A stretch of 64,000 nucleotides of DNA. It comes from Trichoplax adhaerens (lineage: Eukaryota; Animalia; Placozoa). A program made the position numbers and the translations under genes. The notes under the pieces were generated by a model. The model worked only from the letters and a program-made list of their open reading frames with translations, was not told where the DNA came from and did no database searches. The stretch spans positions 7,820,066 to 7,884,065 of the forward strand of contig NW_002060943.1 of assembly GCF_000150275.1 (NCBI RefSeq). Reading direction: 5' to 3'. Positions 12,857 to 26,370 of the stretch are shown piece by piece (positions within the stretch are counted from its first letter, which is position 1; every line of letters begins with the position of its first letter).

Positions 12857-15313
12857 TAAGACTAATATCTACTTTAAGTATTTGATTATGAGAGTTTGTT
12901 ATGGCTTTGACCGTAGACTGTATGACATGATGTAAATATTCTAAAATTCGGTACTGCGCTTCTGTATACGGTGCCAATCGGTTGTAACTTGAAGGGTCAG
13001 TAATGCAATTGCAAGAAGGTTATGATGTTATGAAATGTTGTCACTTTATCGTTTAGAAATAATTTTATTTGGAAGAATTTAAATGCTTCATATCAGCGAA
13101 GAAATACTATTTTAACTCACATTTGATACTATCTTCTTTGCATTCAATGTATAATAATTGTCAAGCGATCTTATCGTGTGTTTGAAGTATCTTGTATTCC
13201 TATAATTTATTTCCAGATGTACGCATGTTGCGCAATGTCAAATTTCGATAAGCTTTAATTAAAAAGGTATACACTATCATATAATCTGTAGTGTAACCTA
13301 GCTTAATACAGGCTGTGGTGAGCTGGCTGTAACCCAACGACTGTAACTAGGTCTAATGCCCTATCATATGTAATGCCAGTGAAAAAGTACTAGTTATCGT
13401 GCATTATTTGCAATCTTCATCTATACTTTATATACCATCTATATCGTAAATGTTATGACAGTAGATAGTTGAATGACCTTTCGTAGAATCTACAGTATAT
13501 GACGCGTAAATGTCTTGAAGAAGTGCTCCATGTAAATACTGTATATTATAATCATTGCCTACAATCATGCAAGTACATTGAAACCAAAATGCCATTTGTT
13601 GAGTGAAAAAACATTGACAAATGTGTTATGTAAACACTTGCTTACGATAAACTCTTAATAACAGTTCTGCATCATCTATTACATTCAGAAATATGCCATA
13701 AAACTGTTCACTGACTACTACTGAGCAGCATTACATCTCCAAGTTATGACCGTTCACACTTTTTATATCCTATCAATTTATTCTATATCATACTGCTTAA
13801 CAGTGACGTATTATGTCGCAAGGAACATTTTACACTTTGGTTAGTTTGATTTTTTTATTCGAAATCATTCAGTGAAAAAAACGCATTAGAGCAGAGTCGC
13901 ATATGATTGGGCAATCCCTTTAAAAGGCACGTAAATTCGACGAATAGCTACGCTGGATTCGTTAGATGACCTTCGGTAAAAATTCCGTATTTTGCTTGTA
14001 GTGCTGCGAGAAAAATTTCACACTTTGCAAGAGTTTGATATTGCTATAGTATTGCAAAGTTAATTAGCCTACTTTAGAAGTCTACCCTATAGACTATATC
14101 TAAATTAATATGCAAGGTTACGATTATTAGATCGTAGTACAATTATTCTCTTGCGATGTCTTTTATTTATTCTTACTTTTTTACGCAGAAGTTGCTCAAA
14201 ATGTAGCATGTTATCATACTGTAAAAGACTAGAATCCTACATTAGTCGTTAAACTTTTTAGATACGTTCACCTCAAAATTCCCGTAATTAAAATAGCCAT
14301 AGAGTACTAATCTAACGAGCGACTTATTTGGTTAAGTATAATATAGCAAAGTATCACTTCATTCATGATATACCATTAAATACCAAATATATAAATAAGG
14401 CAATATATATGTGTTTATATCTAGGATCAAACGAACTAACGAATACAAACTGTAAGATGTGCAGTATTCTCCATCGTAACTTGAGATGTGGCACCTTCAA
14501 ACTATAGAAAGGGGAAACTTTTACATGTCAGGACTTGCGCATCATTTGTACAATTTCAGTACAAACGATACTGCCAGAAGTGTAAAATAGAATATTTATT
14601 AAATTTTGATAATAACTATCCAACATTAGTAGTGAGGTTAACACTTACTGTAGCGAGTACATAGATGATAATATTGAAATACTTACCCATCAATATGCTT
14701 CAACGCTGTGTTTATACAGTACTACTTCTCTTTGATAGAAATGTTACACGCCTGTTTACACACTACAAACTAATGCAGAACTATAGGCTAATAGTATATA
14801 GCTCATAAGGTGCAAATAAAGGAAACTCTTCTATCGACACTTTAGTATATAATTTACCGTACATAGCAATATGTAACTTATGGGATGTGAAAGCTCATGC
14901 GTGGAATTGGTATTACAAGGCTAATTAGATTAAAATTTGAATCATTGCATACGCCGTTATGATTCAAGTTGATTGCAATTACATCAGAGGTCAGTTAATT
15001 CTCGATTCTGCAATCATTCTGCCCGATTAACTAGACACTTTTAGTCTTAATGGTAAACGTCCTTTACAGTTTATATTCCGTATCGATTAACTGGAATAAA
15101 ATACGATAATTTCTTCCATGTTATAATTGATTGTTGTACACCAATAAAAATAAAAGTCTACTATAGTGAATACTGGAAATCAAAGGAGTCATTACTCAAA
15201 AGAATTTTTCTTGAAAATTTCCATTCAAGACGTTCGTTAGACGCATGTTGTAAGAGGTTTCTAAACTAGACATTACTGTATTCTATTTTAGTTGTATCGG
15301 AAAGACTGGTAGG

Positions 15314-16055
15314 ATGAAATCTTACAAGATTGTGGTGTTAGGATCTGGAGGTGTCGGCAAGGTATTTTAAATAAATTTTATTTTAAAATCGATCTGTGTA
15401 ATTAAAATTAATGTCGTCAATAGATGTCTTCTACGCTAAAGCTGAATATAGAATACTAACAGAATATTGCAATACAGTGAAGATTTTATTCAATTTATTA
15501 TTAATCGTGGATATCCCTATTTTATATTCCCCTTTTTTTCTGTATCTATCTTCCTAGAGTGCTATAACAGTTCAATTCGTTTCTGGTTACTTTGTCGAAC
15601 GCTATGATCCTACTATTGAAGATTTCTATCGCAAAGTATTACAGGTTGATGGTGATGAGGTTGAATTGGAAATACTGGATACAGCTGGTACAGAACAGTT
15701 TGCATCTATGAGAGATCTGTACATCAAGAATGGCGATGGATTTCTACTAGTCTATTCGATTGTCAATGGTGATACATTTGAACATATTCAAGCCCTAAGA
15801 CAGCAAATTTTACGTATGAGAGATGAAAATGTTCCTATCGTGATTGTTGGCAATAAATGCGATCGAAGTGATGAAAGAATTGTCTCGTATGAAGATGGTA
15901 TAATATTATCCAAAGAATGGCGTTGTCCATTTCGTGAAACATCAGCTAAGACAACGCAAAATGTTGTAGATATATTTGTTGATATCGCTAAAGAAATTGG
16001 TAGTGGTTCAGATAGCTCAACTAAATGTAAACCCACTTGTTGTACTGTACAATAA
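15314..16055 (+). CDS. RAP2: Ras-related GTPase Rap2
   Basis: Exon 15314-15361 ([16 protein letters not shown]) plus exon 15558-16055. Effector loop [11 protein letters not shown] and [19 protein letters not shown] are Rap2 signatures; NKCD, ETSAK and CaaX CTVQ are present. Confidence 0.93.
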
Positions 16056-16439
16056 TTATTTCAAAGACGATTCCTCTTTCTAATTCATCCATGATGGTGG
16101 ACGACTATTCCTGCTTAATTATCCATTTTTTTATTTATTATTTGGAAAGATGATTGAGAAAAAATTACTGTGTGATGATTAATCTAGTATGTGATTCAGT
16201 AGGTATTTCAAATATTATCGTATATATGATTGATTATAAATAGAGAGCAATTGTAAGAATGATAGTGTACAAATATAATATGATTCTGTACTAGCTCCTG
16301 GAATGTTTTCCGTTAATTTATTTTCCAATAAAATTTTGCATCCAAATAGAATACATGGCAATAAAATTTTTTTTACCCCCTTGCTATAACCTAAGAGGGT
16401 AAATTATTATGTTATTACTCCACCTCAACATCTGCTGTT

Positions 16440-17155
16440 GCTTACTTTCACCTAAGAAAATATAACTAAGAATTAGATTGAAAATCAATCTGTGCATGGA
16501 ATTACTACAATTCTTTGGGCTATTCGATTTCTTAATTAAATGTAGATATAACTGAATAACAGCAATGAAGGCTTTCGTTAACTCTATTTATAACTAACTT
16601 AGTCACTGATCAGGATTATTGCTCCAGCTCAAAGTGTATCATAACTTACTTTTACTCAAACTAATGACTAAGAATTGAATTGAAAATCAATTACTCCATG
16701 GAGTTGCTAGCTTTTACTCAAACCAATGACTAAGAATTGAATTGAAAATCAATCAGCCCATAGAGTTGCTGGCACCTCTTTGGGTTAATTAAATTCAATA
16801 AAAGATGGATAGAATTGAATAATAGTAATTTCTCAATCTCTGTTCATCACTAACATAGTCATTTATGAGGACTATTGCTCTAGCTCAAAGTCTTCCATAG
16901 CTTCCTTTTACTCAGACCAATGACTAAGAATTGCATTGAAAATCAATCCGCGCATGGCGTTGCTAGCAATACTTTGGGTTATTCTATTCAATAAAAAGAT
17001 GAGTAGAAGTGAATAACACCAATAAATAATAATAGCTTTCTTATACTGTACCTTTGTTCCTAACATAGTAATTTATGAGGACTATTGCTCTAGCTCCAAG
17101 TCTATCATAACTTATTTTTACTCAGACTAGCAACTAAAAATTTAAAATCAATCAG
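16440..17155. repeat. Diverged tandem repeat, ~200-bp unit, ~3.3 copies plus a ~60-bp internal duplication
   Basis: Recurring cttttactcaaaccaatgactaagaattgaattgaaaatcaat and gaggactattgctctagctcaaagt blocks. Confidence 0.85.
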
Positions 17156-18203
17156 TATATATTTCAAATCGATTTGCGCGTTCATAATTATCCAATCTTA
17201 GCAATACCATAGTGAGATATATTAGCTTATTACTGGATTGGCACCCTCTCCGTTATGGTATTAATTAAACTACTATGATAGTGCATGTATAACTTGTACA
17301 GTAGTAAATAATTGTGCAACATCATGTCGCTGTTTTACTATATCATGTCTAGTACACTGCATGAGCTAATATCCTTCTATATCAAACGATAATAAAGTAT
17401 CGCTTTATGATGTAAATGATTATGCAATAAGTTTTTACATCACTTTATCCTTTCAAGGAAATAGGAAAAAGCAAGAAAAAAAGATATAAACGAATGGTAG
17501 CTATTCCAATAGTTACCTAATCGATCGTTAACTTATGACTTGACGTAAAATAACTCATTGCTCTTCCTTGACGATCATAGCAATGGTAGTAGATGGTATT
17601 TTTTTCCAATTTTTCGACCTTATTAATTAAAGCAAGCACCACCTTGTTATTAGGTAACGTGAGCATATTGTCCTGCTGTAAAATAAAATAAAATGCCATC
17701 TGCTTAATTGCTATAGTAACAGGGAGGGGTTAAACAAGGAAACGACTAGACAAGTAGCTGCTAGGTAATTTTTCTATGTTCGAAGATGACAATGAAAACA
17801 ATTTTATCCATTGCATGGAAGAATACTGTTTGTCAAAAAGTGGATAATCAAGTTTGACAATAAAACAATAACTTCAAATTAAACTTCTAGCCTTAACAAT
17901 AACGATGTTGAATAAAGCCTATGCGAACACCTATCTGTTGAATCTTATTTTCTGTCTAGTTAGTTAGTTAGTTAGCTAGTGAGCCAGTGAGTTCAAAATA
18001 AAAGACCAATAAAAACAGTAATATTACTATCATCGTTTCTAATTTGACGGGATCTTAGTTAAACGCCCTTCCTTTTTCAATTTAATTTACTCTATTGAAA
18101 GCTAATTTACCTTCTTATATCGATCGTAGTAATCGTTTACGGCTTTATTAACTAACATTGATGCAAGGTATATCAAGTTAAAAAAAAATTAGGCGTACGG
18201 ACG

Positions 18204-19901
18204 ATGGAAATTGATTATATTTCTAAAATTCAATTAGAATTGACCGAATGGCCCAATAAATTTCTATGGCAAAGTGATCGTGATTATTACCATGAAGGGA
18301 AAATCCTCTATGCTCGCAAAAGAAGGCGCAAAGTGGAATGCTCATCGAGTAATCCAATTCAATGGTATCATGATGATAGTGTTGATTTATACGATATTAA
18401 CGATGATTGCCAATATAAATATTTCCTACGATTAACAGAAAGAGTTCAACAACTTAGTAAAATTAGATTACAGAAATTTTTTAAAGTGGCCCTGATAGAA
18501 GGATTTGAAAAGTGGGCACAACGTCTCATTGATAATGGTATAGAAATCGATTCGTTTAACTACAGTATTAAACAAAGTCCATTAGGTATTTGTATTCGAC
18601 GTGGCCATGTTCATTGTGTTCGAATGTTATTAACTAATGGTATATCAGTAAATAAAGTAGGTAAAAACTTGCTTTTTGGTGATGTAACATTTTTTCATTT
18701 AGCTGCTTTTGAGTATCAAATGGAATGCTTAAAAATTTTAATTCAAACATGTTTTGATTCAATTAATATTCTACCTAAAATCCATAAGGTGGTCATGAAA
18801 GGTGATCTCGAAAGCACTAAAAAGTGTTTATGTACAGATAATCATACAAATTGGAATATATTAATTGATGATGGTAAATGTACGCCCTTATTTTGGGCTA
18901 TTATATTAGATTACGTTGAAATTGTTCAACTATTACTAGAAAATAACTGCCAACAAACGATGATGGTGGTAGATTCATCACCTTTATCTCATCCACTTTA
19001 TGTCGCTATTTTATGGAAAAGTAAAAAATGTTTCAATCTATTTGTAAATCGATATCAAACTATGCTATTGCAAACTTATCAAGACGATGATCATAGTCGG
19101 TATCAATTACCCTTCAATCCATTACAAATTGCAGCTAGATATAACTTCCATTATGGAATTGAATTATTATTAAAGAATGAAGAAATCGTTATTGCAAGTA
19201 ACAATTATTCGCCATTAATTATCGCAACTCAACAAGGCCACGCTGATTGTGTGAAATTATTATTAACCATTTTTAGTGCTAATATACCACGACGATCACA
19301 ATTAGACAATAAAAGTGAATCCATATCAGCAATATCTATTGCAGTTGAAAGATCGGATCTAGAATGCTTACGAATATTACTTCAAGCCGGTGGCAAGGTC
19401 AATTTAAGAAATCGTTATACCTACATCACTAAAGGTGGTATCAAAATTGAAAAAACCAAATCCCCTCTGTATCTGTTATTAGAAAATAATCCGTTAAAAT
19501 ATGGTAAAAATATTATTCAGATGTTACCTTCTGATGACATTAATTTATTATGTGCTTACTTAACGGACTCCCACATAGATATTGAAATAGTGGTTAAATC
19601 AATGAAATATTATCAATGTTTAGACTTGTTATTTAAAAATGACGCACAATTACAACCTGAGCTAAATGATTCCATATTGAATATCATTATCGAAAAAGGT
19701 TATCAAAGTTGGTCCGGATTGCAAAACGTTCCCATGCAAGAAAGATATAAGCAATTAATTAAAAAATTATATCAGTTAGCATATCGTTATGATAAGGAAC
19801 GGCAAGATTGTCAACCAATAATTGATGATGGCGATGAAATATTTAAAAAGGAATGGAGACAATTTAAATACTTACGCAATGGATATGTTAGTAAAGCATA
19901 A
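18204..19901 (+). CDS. Ankyrin-repeat protein (long single-exon ORF, 565 aa)
   Basis: Multiple ANK motifs (SPLGICIRRGHVHCVRMLLTNG, TPLFWAIILDYVEIVQLLLEN, SPLIIATQQGHADCVKLLL, AVERSDLECLRILLQAGGKVN) and a basic RKRRRK near the N-terminus. Confidence 0.85.
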   Translation: MEIDYISKIQLELTEWPNKFLWQSDRDYYHEGKILYARKRRRKVECSSSNPIQWYHDDSVDLYDINDDCQYKYFLRLTERVQQLSKIRLQKFFKVALIEGFEKWAQRLIDNGIEIDSFNYSIKQSPLGICIRRGHVHCVRMLLTNGISVNKVGKNLLFGDVTFFHLAAFEYQMECLKILIQTCFDSINILPKIHKVVMKGDLESTKKCLCTDNHTNWNILIDDGKCTPLFWAIILDYVEIVQLLLENNCQQTMMVVDSSPLSHPLYVAILWKSKKCFNLFVNRYQTMLLQTYQDDDHSRYQLPFNPLQIAARYNFHYGIELLLKNEEIVIASNNYSPLIIATQQGHADCVKLLLTIFSANIPRRSQLDNKSESISAISIAVERSDLECLRILLQAGGKVNLRNRYTYITKGGIKIEKTKSPLYLLLENNPLKYGKNIIQMLPSDDINLLCAYLTDSHIDIEIVVKSMKYYQCLDLLFKNDAQLQPELNDSILNIIIEKGYQSWSGLQNVPMQERYKQLIKKLYQLAYRYDKERQDCQPIIDDGDEIFKKEWRQFKYLRNGYVSKA

Positions 19902-20881
19902 TGTGAATAAAATCAAAATCGCTGTAAATTTAATCTCTAGCGACAGGAATAAACTATTTTAGCAAAAGCTTTGTCAAGGAAAAGTACTCTGCAATCCTTC
20001 TAGCATACTTTATTCTCACGTAGGGATATACACTAGAATTCGGATGCATGTTGGAGTACAGGCACTTAAAAATTGATGTTTTTCCAGTTGACAAGGATCA
20101 TGATAGAAGCGAGCTACTGCCATATTCATGTAAACAAGCAACGATTAAGTGCCTATTGAGAGGTGGTTAACGTAATACTATATTCTAATACTTTATATCA
20201 CGATAGCCTCAAAACCCTGCCGATGGCAGTATATTTACTTCGTAGAAGCTATTTAGAACAAATTTAGATTTAAGTGTAAAGCTCTGATATATGTTCAACT
20301 ACACTCGAATGAGCATTAAGCAAATTGTATATTGTTACATTACATTTGATGCATGTACCAACGTTAAGATTAAACTTATCAGATATCACTGTATTGCTTG
20401 CTAAGACATAGCGCATCTACCTTTAACACTGAATGATGTTAATCCACTATGCTACTAACACCCAACTTGATGAAATTGGTAAATTCTTTTGAGATGCTGC
20501 AGAATATTACTCAAAACATCACAATTATTCAGGTCAAGCACAGAAGTATCTTATACAGTAGATTTAACGATGATATTACTTCATTTCTTTCCCACATAGC
20601 TATTCCGAATACATTAGAAAGAGAAAATTTAAGCTATAAAAACTGCAATATTGTACATGGATAATAAGACGCTATGTTCGCTACGCATTCAGTATATAAA
20701 ATTTCCATATGAATGTTGAAAGTTTAACAACATTTATTCTTTGATAAATTAACACAACATTGTATGATACAAGGAATACAAAAAACGTATTTACATTTGT
20801 AATAATATACAACATGAATCGTAAAAATTCACCCGAGCTACAACAACCATAACAGTAATATAATTGCTTTCATTTTTCTAA

Positions 20882-23800
20882 TTAATTACTAGTTTCTGTC
20901 GCATTTTCATCAACCGATTTTGAGACACCACCAGTAAGACCATTTACTTCATCTGTAACACTTTCTGGTACACTAATTTTAATTTCAGTAGATTCATTAA
21001 TTACATCTTTAGATTCAATGGACGAACTCTCACTAATTTGATCTTCATCATTGGTTTCAATAGGCGTTAGAGCCGTAGATAATGGCGTCTCATCATTGCT
21101 AGTGTGCGATTCTGTTTCGTTGTTTTTGTACTCCCCTGCAATATTTGTAAGGCTTTCATTTTTTCTCCTGTTTTTTAAATATTCTCCGAAACCGTACAGA
21201 CTATAGTTACTAGTTGAACTCTCCCGCGACCACTGGCGGTTTATTTTAGGCGTATCGGTTTTTACGACCGGGGCTGATGCAGTAGCATTAGGTGAAAGGA
21301 CATAAATTTGGCATGGTTGATGCAATAAATCGAGTACATGGTTCGCCTTTTCTTTATTTGAAGAGCCAGCATGCTGTAGCTTGATACATCTACCAACCTA
21401 TAATACAGGTTTATTATAAACATACGGTATAATTAGATTCTTTCATCGGAAATTAGTTGGAATTTTTAGAGACTAGTTCATATGATATTATAATTGTTCA
21501 CCTCGTGAACGCCTGCCTTCATCGCGAGACAATCAATACTAACAGTTACCGAAGACCAGCTAGGTACAATACTAGAATACGAATATCAATAACAAGTCAG
21601 TTCTTCGATATTAATACGGTCGGCATCTAAGCAACACAGATGAAATAAAATGCAACATTCGCATACCCTATATATATCGATGATGTTAAACATACAATAT
21701 CATAAGAATGGCTATTTCCTAATAAAACTCTAGCTGGAGCTATGATATTGTTGACACCTAATACGAATATCAATCACGCATTACGCAGTTATGACGATTC
21801 TCATGACAATTCTATTTTTTCACAAATCTATCATGATAATCCTACCAGTAGTTAGAGATTCCGGCTCCCACTTTACAGATACATCTTTAAGCTCGTCCTT
21901 TCCGTTATTGATTGTATACAATATACTGAATCTACAATAAGGAATACAAATTTGTCGTTTAATCTAAATCGCGCTGTTCTGACAACAAATAAGCACGGTT
22001 CGTTTATAAGCGTTGCATCGTGCATTGTTATAGCGTAGCATCTAGATTGCAGTAGTTTACATATATTACCTATCACCAATAGAAACATGAGTGCTATCTA
22101 ACACTGAAGATGTTGTAACCAAAGCACGATCTATAGCCATTTCGAATAATCTACAGAAACATAAAATACCAAATTTTTAGAATTAAAGAACAAGAAATAT
22201 AAATGCCTTTTCGGTGTAATACGTGCAATCAGATAAATGGTTATCAAAAAGTAGCAAAGATAAAGATAGATCTTAAGATTTCTCATGATACCTAAAAGTA
22301 GTGGTTATATTTTCAAATTGAGTTATCATTGGTTCAGCACTCCATACCAGTGAAGCCATTAGCGATAATTGGGGTAACTTGAAGAAAAAGTAAAGTATTT
22401 AATGTAAACTAATACTGTCGGATGTATTAACTATTAACAGATAGACATTCCTTAAACTATGTACAGTACATAGTTATGAAAGAAAACTAAAAATTACTTC
22501 AAGCTCCATCTTGGAATCTGTTAATGTGACATCATATAGAAAAGTATGCGATTCTATTGGTTGCAAAATAACTGGAAATTCTTCGTTTTCATTTTCAGTG
22601 ACAGGTACTAAGTGAGCTTCTATTCCAGCTAACGCTTCCATTATGCTAATTTAATAAATGATTAAAATCATTATTGCAATCTAGAATCGTCGTTAGGTAT
22701 TGACGAAATAGTAGTTCCTAACTGGTTTAAAGATATTATACTATCCTATATAAATGAAATATTCATACTTTTCGCTTTGGTTACTATTGTTGATGTGGCC
22801 AGAGAAGACTTGCATATGATCTAGAACTATTACGTTTTCACTTTTATTTTGTACTGGGTAGAAGAAAGCGTAAGCAAGTTTACTAGTTAGCAAATTGCAT
22901 CAAAAACTTGTTAATATAGGATATTCCAGTTATGAATTTGTCATCAACTATAATAATAGAATTTTTCCAAAAATTAACTATCTCACCTTGTAGACATAAG
23001 TAGTACTTGGCACCAGCTTTAGTAAATCGGTATAAAAGGTTCGGTGATGGATTAATAGAAATGATCTTGTTAACTATAGGTAAGACAGCATAATCAAGTT
23101 ATTGGATATGCGAATTAAACATTAAGCACAGTTGTCCTTTTTAAGAGGTAAAGTGTATACATTATTAGTGTCAACATCCTTATATTACAAGTGTACTTCT
23201 AATTTTTTTCTTCAATTAACGATCAATTAACATGCTTCTATGGCAGAAAAATATTGATGTCTATCGTACAGAAACTGATCATCTCATCATGAGGTAGTAA
23301 GACAAACGCAGTCACTATACCTTGATATTTTTTAGCTGATGTTAAGTGCTGCATTACTGGAATAGGAGAATCATCGATAAAAGTGCGAGCGAAATCAAAA
23401 TTTGATGGATCCTTCCAATCTTGCGATAGCAGCTGGCAATCAGCGAGGTAATCCAGTTCTGGAGACCACAAGGAAACGGTGACTTGAGCTCGACATGTAT
23501 CGACGTGTAAACTAGCCAAGGAAACAGTTAGCGGAAACGCAACATCACCATCTTTACAAACTATAGGTTTCGAAGGCTGTTGAATAAGAGTAATATATTT
23601 ATTTTAGCGTCCTAAATGGGGTTCAACTTACACGTTAGCTATAATAACTGTAGCATAACATACTGTATTGACTATTAAATACATGCTATTCGTGATTCCA
23701 TTCTTGAGTTGTTACCTTGCATTTGCTATCGGAATAGTTTGTCACATCCCTGCTACTAGTAAATATCACTGATTTGCATTGTCGATAATTCTCTTGACCT

Positions 23801-24075
23801 TGCTTACTATTGCTTTTATAATCCGATTGCTGGAATAACTCCTTGGGTGTAACACTGCAAATAGCAGATAACTGGCAAATTTTACTTTGCCAAATTTGAT
23901 GAGCATCGCCATGACGATAGCCTCGAAAACGAGCAAGTAAATAGACCACACAATTTTCTCCATGCCAAACAGTTGAACGAGTTCCCTTAGCTAGATCATT
24001 ATCCACTACTTGACTAATACTTTTAGGGATGAAAAGATGAAATACTGTCTCGCCTTCTTTAATAATAGAATCCAT
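20882..24075 (-). CDS. TRAPPC14: Trafficking protein particle complex subunit 14 (C7orf43/MAP11)-like, multi-exon
   Basis: RSTVWHGENCVVYLLAR, PIVCKDGDVAFPLTVSLASLHVDTCRAQVTVSLW and LIPSPNLLYRFTKAGAKYYLCLQ align by recall with human TRAPPC14 (RNHLYLGETVRFLLVLR; PIVSTDEVIFPLTVSLDRLPPGTPKAKIVVTVW; LLPPPVLRCRQFTVAGKHLTVLK). The last exon is acidic and S/T-rich. Confidence 0.75.
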
Positions 24076-24234
24076 CAATAATTTCTAATGGAGTTGGTCA
24101 ACATCCATTAAAGTTAAGGAGGGGAAGTCTTGTCGGAAGGTCTACTAGTGCTGAACCGGTCCGACTACGGAGTTTTCTATCAACTCAAAGCAATCAGTCC
24201 GTATACAACGATTTTGTATCGGGACTCAAGTCAC

Positions 24235-24410
24235 GTACTATACACTATACAGTATAGCCCCATTTCATGTTAGTTAAGGAGACGAGTTAGCGTAGGTTTA
24301 CTGTAGCGCTGATAGTATACATACTACAGTTTTACGTGTTTGCGTACCTATACAGTACTGCGTATAAACACTTCAGCAAGGGTAGAAGCATGAGAAAGTG
24401 ATACTGTACC
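24235..24410. promoter_or_regulatory. TACAGTA-rich cluster upstream of TRAPPC14
   Basis: ctatacagtata, tactgtag, atactacagt, tatacagtactg, gatactgtacc. Confidence 0.45.
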
Positions 24411-24620
24411 TTACGAGTTGCCTTATAGGTTATAAAGTAGGTTATAAACTATAGTATAAATAAATTATACCCTAGATATAATATGATTTCTCTACCTAAT
24501 AACGTATAATTTATACTCTCATTCTATTATTTTATAATCAATGCTAATTTAATAGTGTCTCTTATGTCTACAGTAAAGTAAAAAATTCCTCTAGATCCAG
24601 CTAGCGATTAGCAGACAACA

Positions 24621-25037
24621 TAGACACCTGCAAATTTAAATCGTTTTTGCAGTAAACGCAAGAGCAGTATATTGTATGGTAGTCTGGTTACTACATTCAT
24701 CATAGAAGTAAAAATGACCTAGTGTTGATTGATAATAAATTAATGCAGAATTTCATGTTTTAGATTATAAATTAATTTAACGTCGCCATATTGTTGAATT
24801 ATGGATTATACTACAGTATTACTGCCAGTAGATACCTGCAAATTTAAATCGTTTTTGCAGTAAAGGCATGAGTAGTATATTGTATGGTAGTCTGATTACT
24901 ACATTTGCCATAGAAGTAAAAATGGCCTAGTGTTGATTGATTGATAATAAATTAATACAGAATTTTATGCTTTAGATTGTAAATTGATTTAACGTCGCCA
25001 TATTGTTGAATTATGGATTATACTACAGTATTATTGG
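24621..25037. repeat. Tandem duplication, two ~207-bp copies
   Basis: acctgcaaatttaaatcgtttttgcagtaaa...cgtcgccatattgttgaattatggattatactacagtatta occurs twice with few substitutions. Confidence 0.9.
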
Positions 25038-25050
25038 TACAGTAGTAGCC

Positions 25051-25195
25051 TAGACCAATAGTCAATAACCTTGGCAGGTGCAAAAACTGCCATAACTGCG
25101 GTAGACGCCATTGCCCGCTCTTTTAATATGAGTATATTGTACTAACATAATTTTGGTCCCTAAAACGTCCGGTGCCCTTACTAGCTATTGGTCTA
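25051..25195. mobile_element. Putative ~145-bp MITE
   Basis: Perfect 11-bp terminal inverted repeat tagaccaatag / ctattggtcta; interior more GC-rich than the flanks. Confidence 0.45.
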
Positions 25196-26370
25196 ACTAT
25201 AAATTTACGAGATAGGATTTCAGTAAGTTCTATCCCACTTGGACGAAACAGACTATTATGATACGAACTAAATTCTTAATATCGAAATAATCTAGCCAGC
25301 GCTTGTAGAAGTTGATTATTGTGTCAATTAAAACTCTTCAGCATCAAGTTTCAAAATTAGGAAGCCTATTAAACTTTGCATAAATTCAAATCAAGAATTA
25401 TTTAGGTTACCAAGAGCTCTCTATAGAACAAAATTGTTTTTTTTTGAAAGGCTGCTATATTATCTCTTGCCTTATACCAAGGCTACTAAAAACGCGTCAT
25501 ACTCGTAGTCGTAACAATACTAGAAGCGATAATAGCATGGGCCACACAAGTATATTAAAAATCTCAGTAAAGATCCTGTCGGTACGTACATTTCGTCATA
25601 AACTATAAATTCAAATAATAATATTGATAGTCGCTAGTTCTAAAACAAGTATAGAAAATTTATGATAAAAATTAGGTACTAAGCTATCACGACCAATTAC
25701 GGTGATTAGCGTTGCAACCGTCGAAAGCTACCCAGTTTTATTTATAGGGGTCTAAAATTTCAAATTGCCTTACAGACACTCCCCACAAATTAGACTAAAT
25801 TGACGTAGTCAAGTAAATCGACTATTGCATCTTTTTGCTCGTCACCCTGCAGTATTGTTCAGTACAATCAAAAGCAAATATTAGACTAGGAAATATTTAA
25901 AGCATTTTATTCGAGCCTGACATTGAAACCTACCTACTAGCTACAAAGCATAGACTAGAAGACATTTAAGGTACTGCGAGTATTTCTATGTTGACAAGAC
26001 ACACAAGTGCACGTGCCATTATATTCAATCTCTATATTGATGGTATACCAATTCTGTATTTGCAAGGTAAAATTTTTATCTAACGTAATTCCATTCTATT
26101 GGAACAATGAATAACAATTACACTAAATTACAACGATTCTAGCTATAGTCTAGAGTATATCTAAGACGAATCAATTTAAATATATGATATTTTAACTGTA
26201 AATAATTGTTAAGAATTTACTACTGAGGGATTCAATTCATAATGATAATGATCTTATTCTACGATTATAGACTTGTATATATTGAATAAAGAGATCAATG
26301 GTCTGCTCTAGAAGAAATGTTAGAGGGAATTTCGGCCTGATAGGGCTTAATAAAAGGATCCACCAATGGA

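Noticed and set aside
17517-17699. 60-aa minus-strand ORF with splice-like ends
   Set aside because: No recognisable homology and no partner exons found.
20200-20290. Possible SOCS-box-like exon (SLKT/CRW) after the ankyrin ORF
   Set aside because: Needs a frameshift, and stops follow; too weak.
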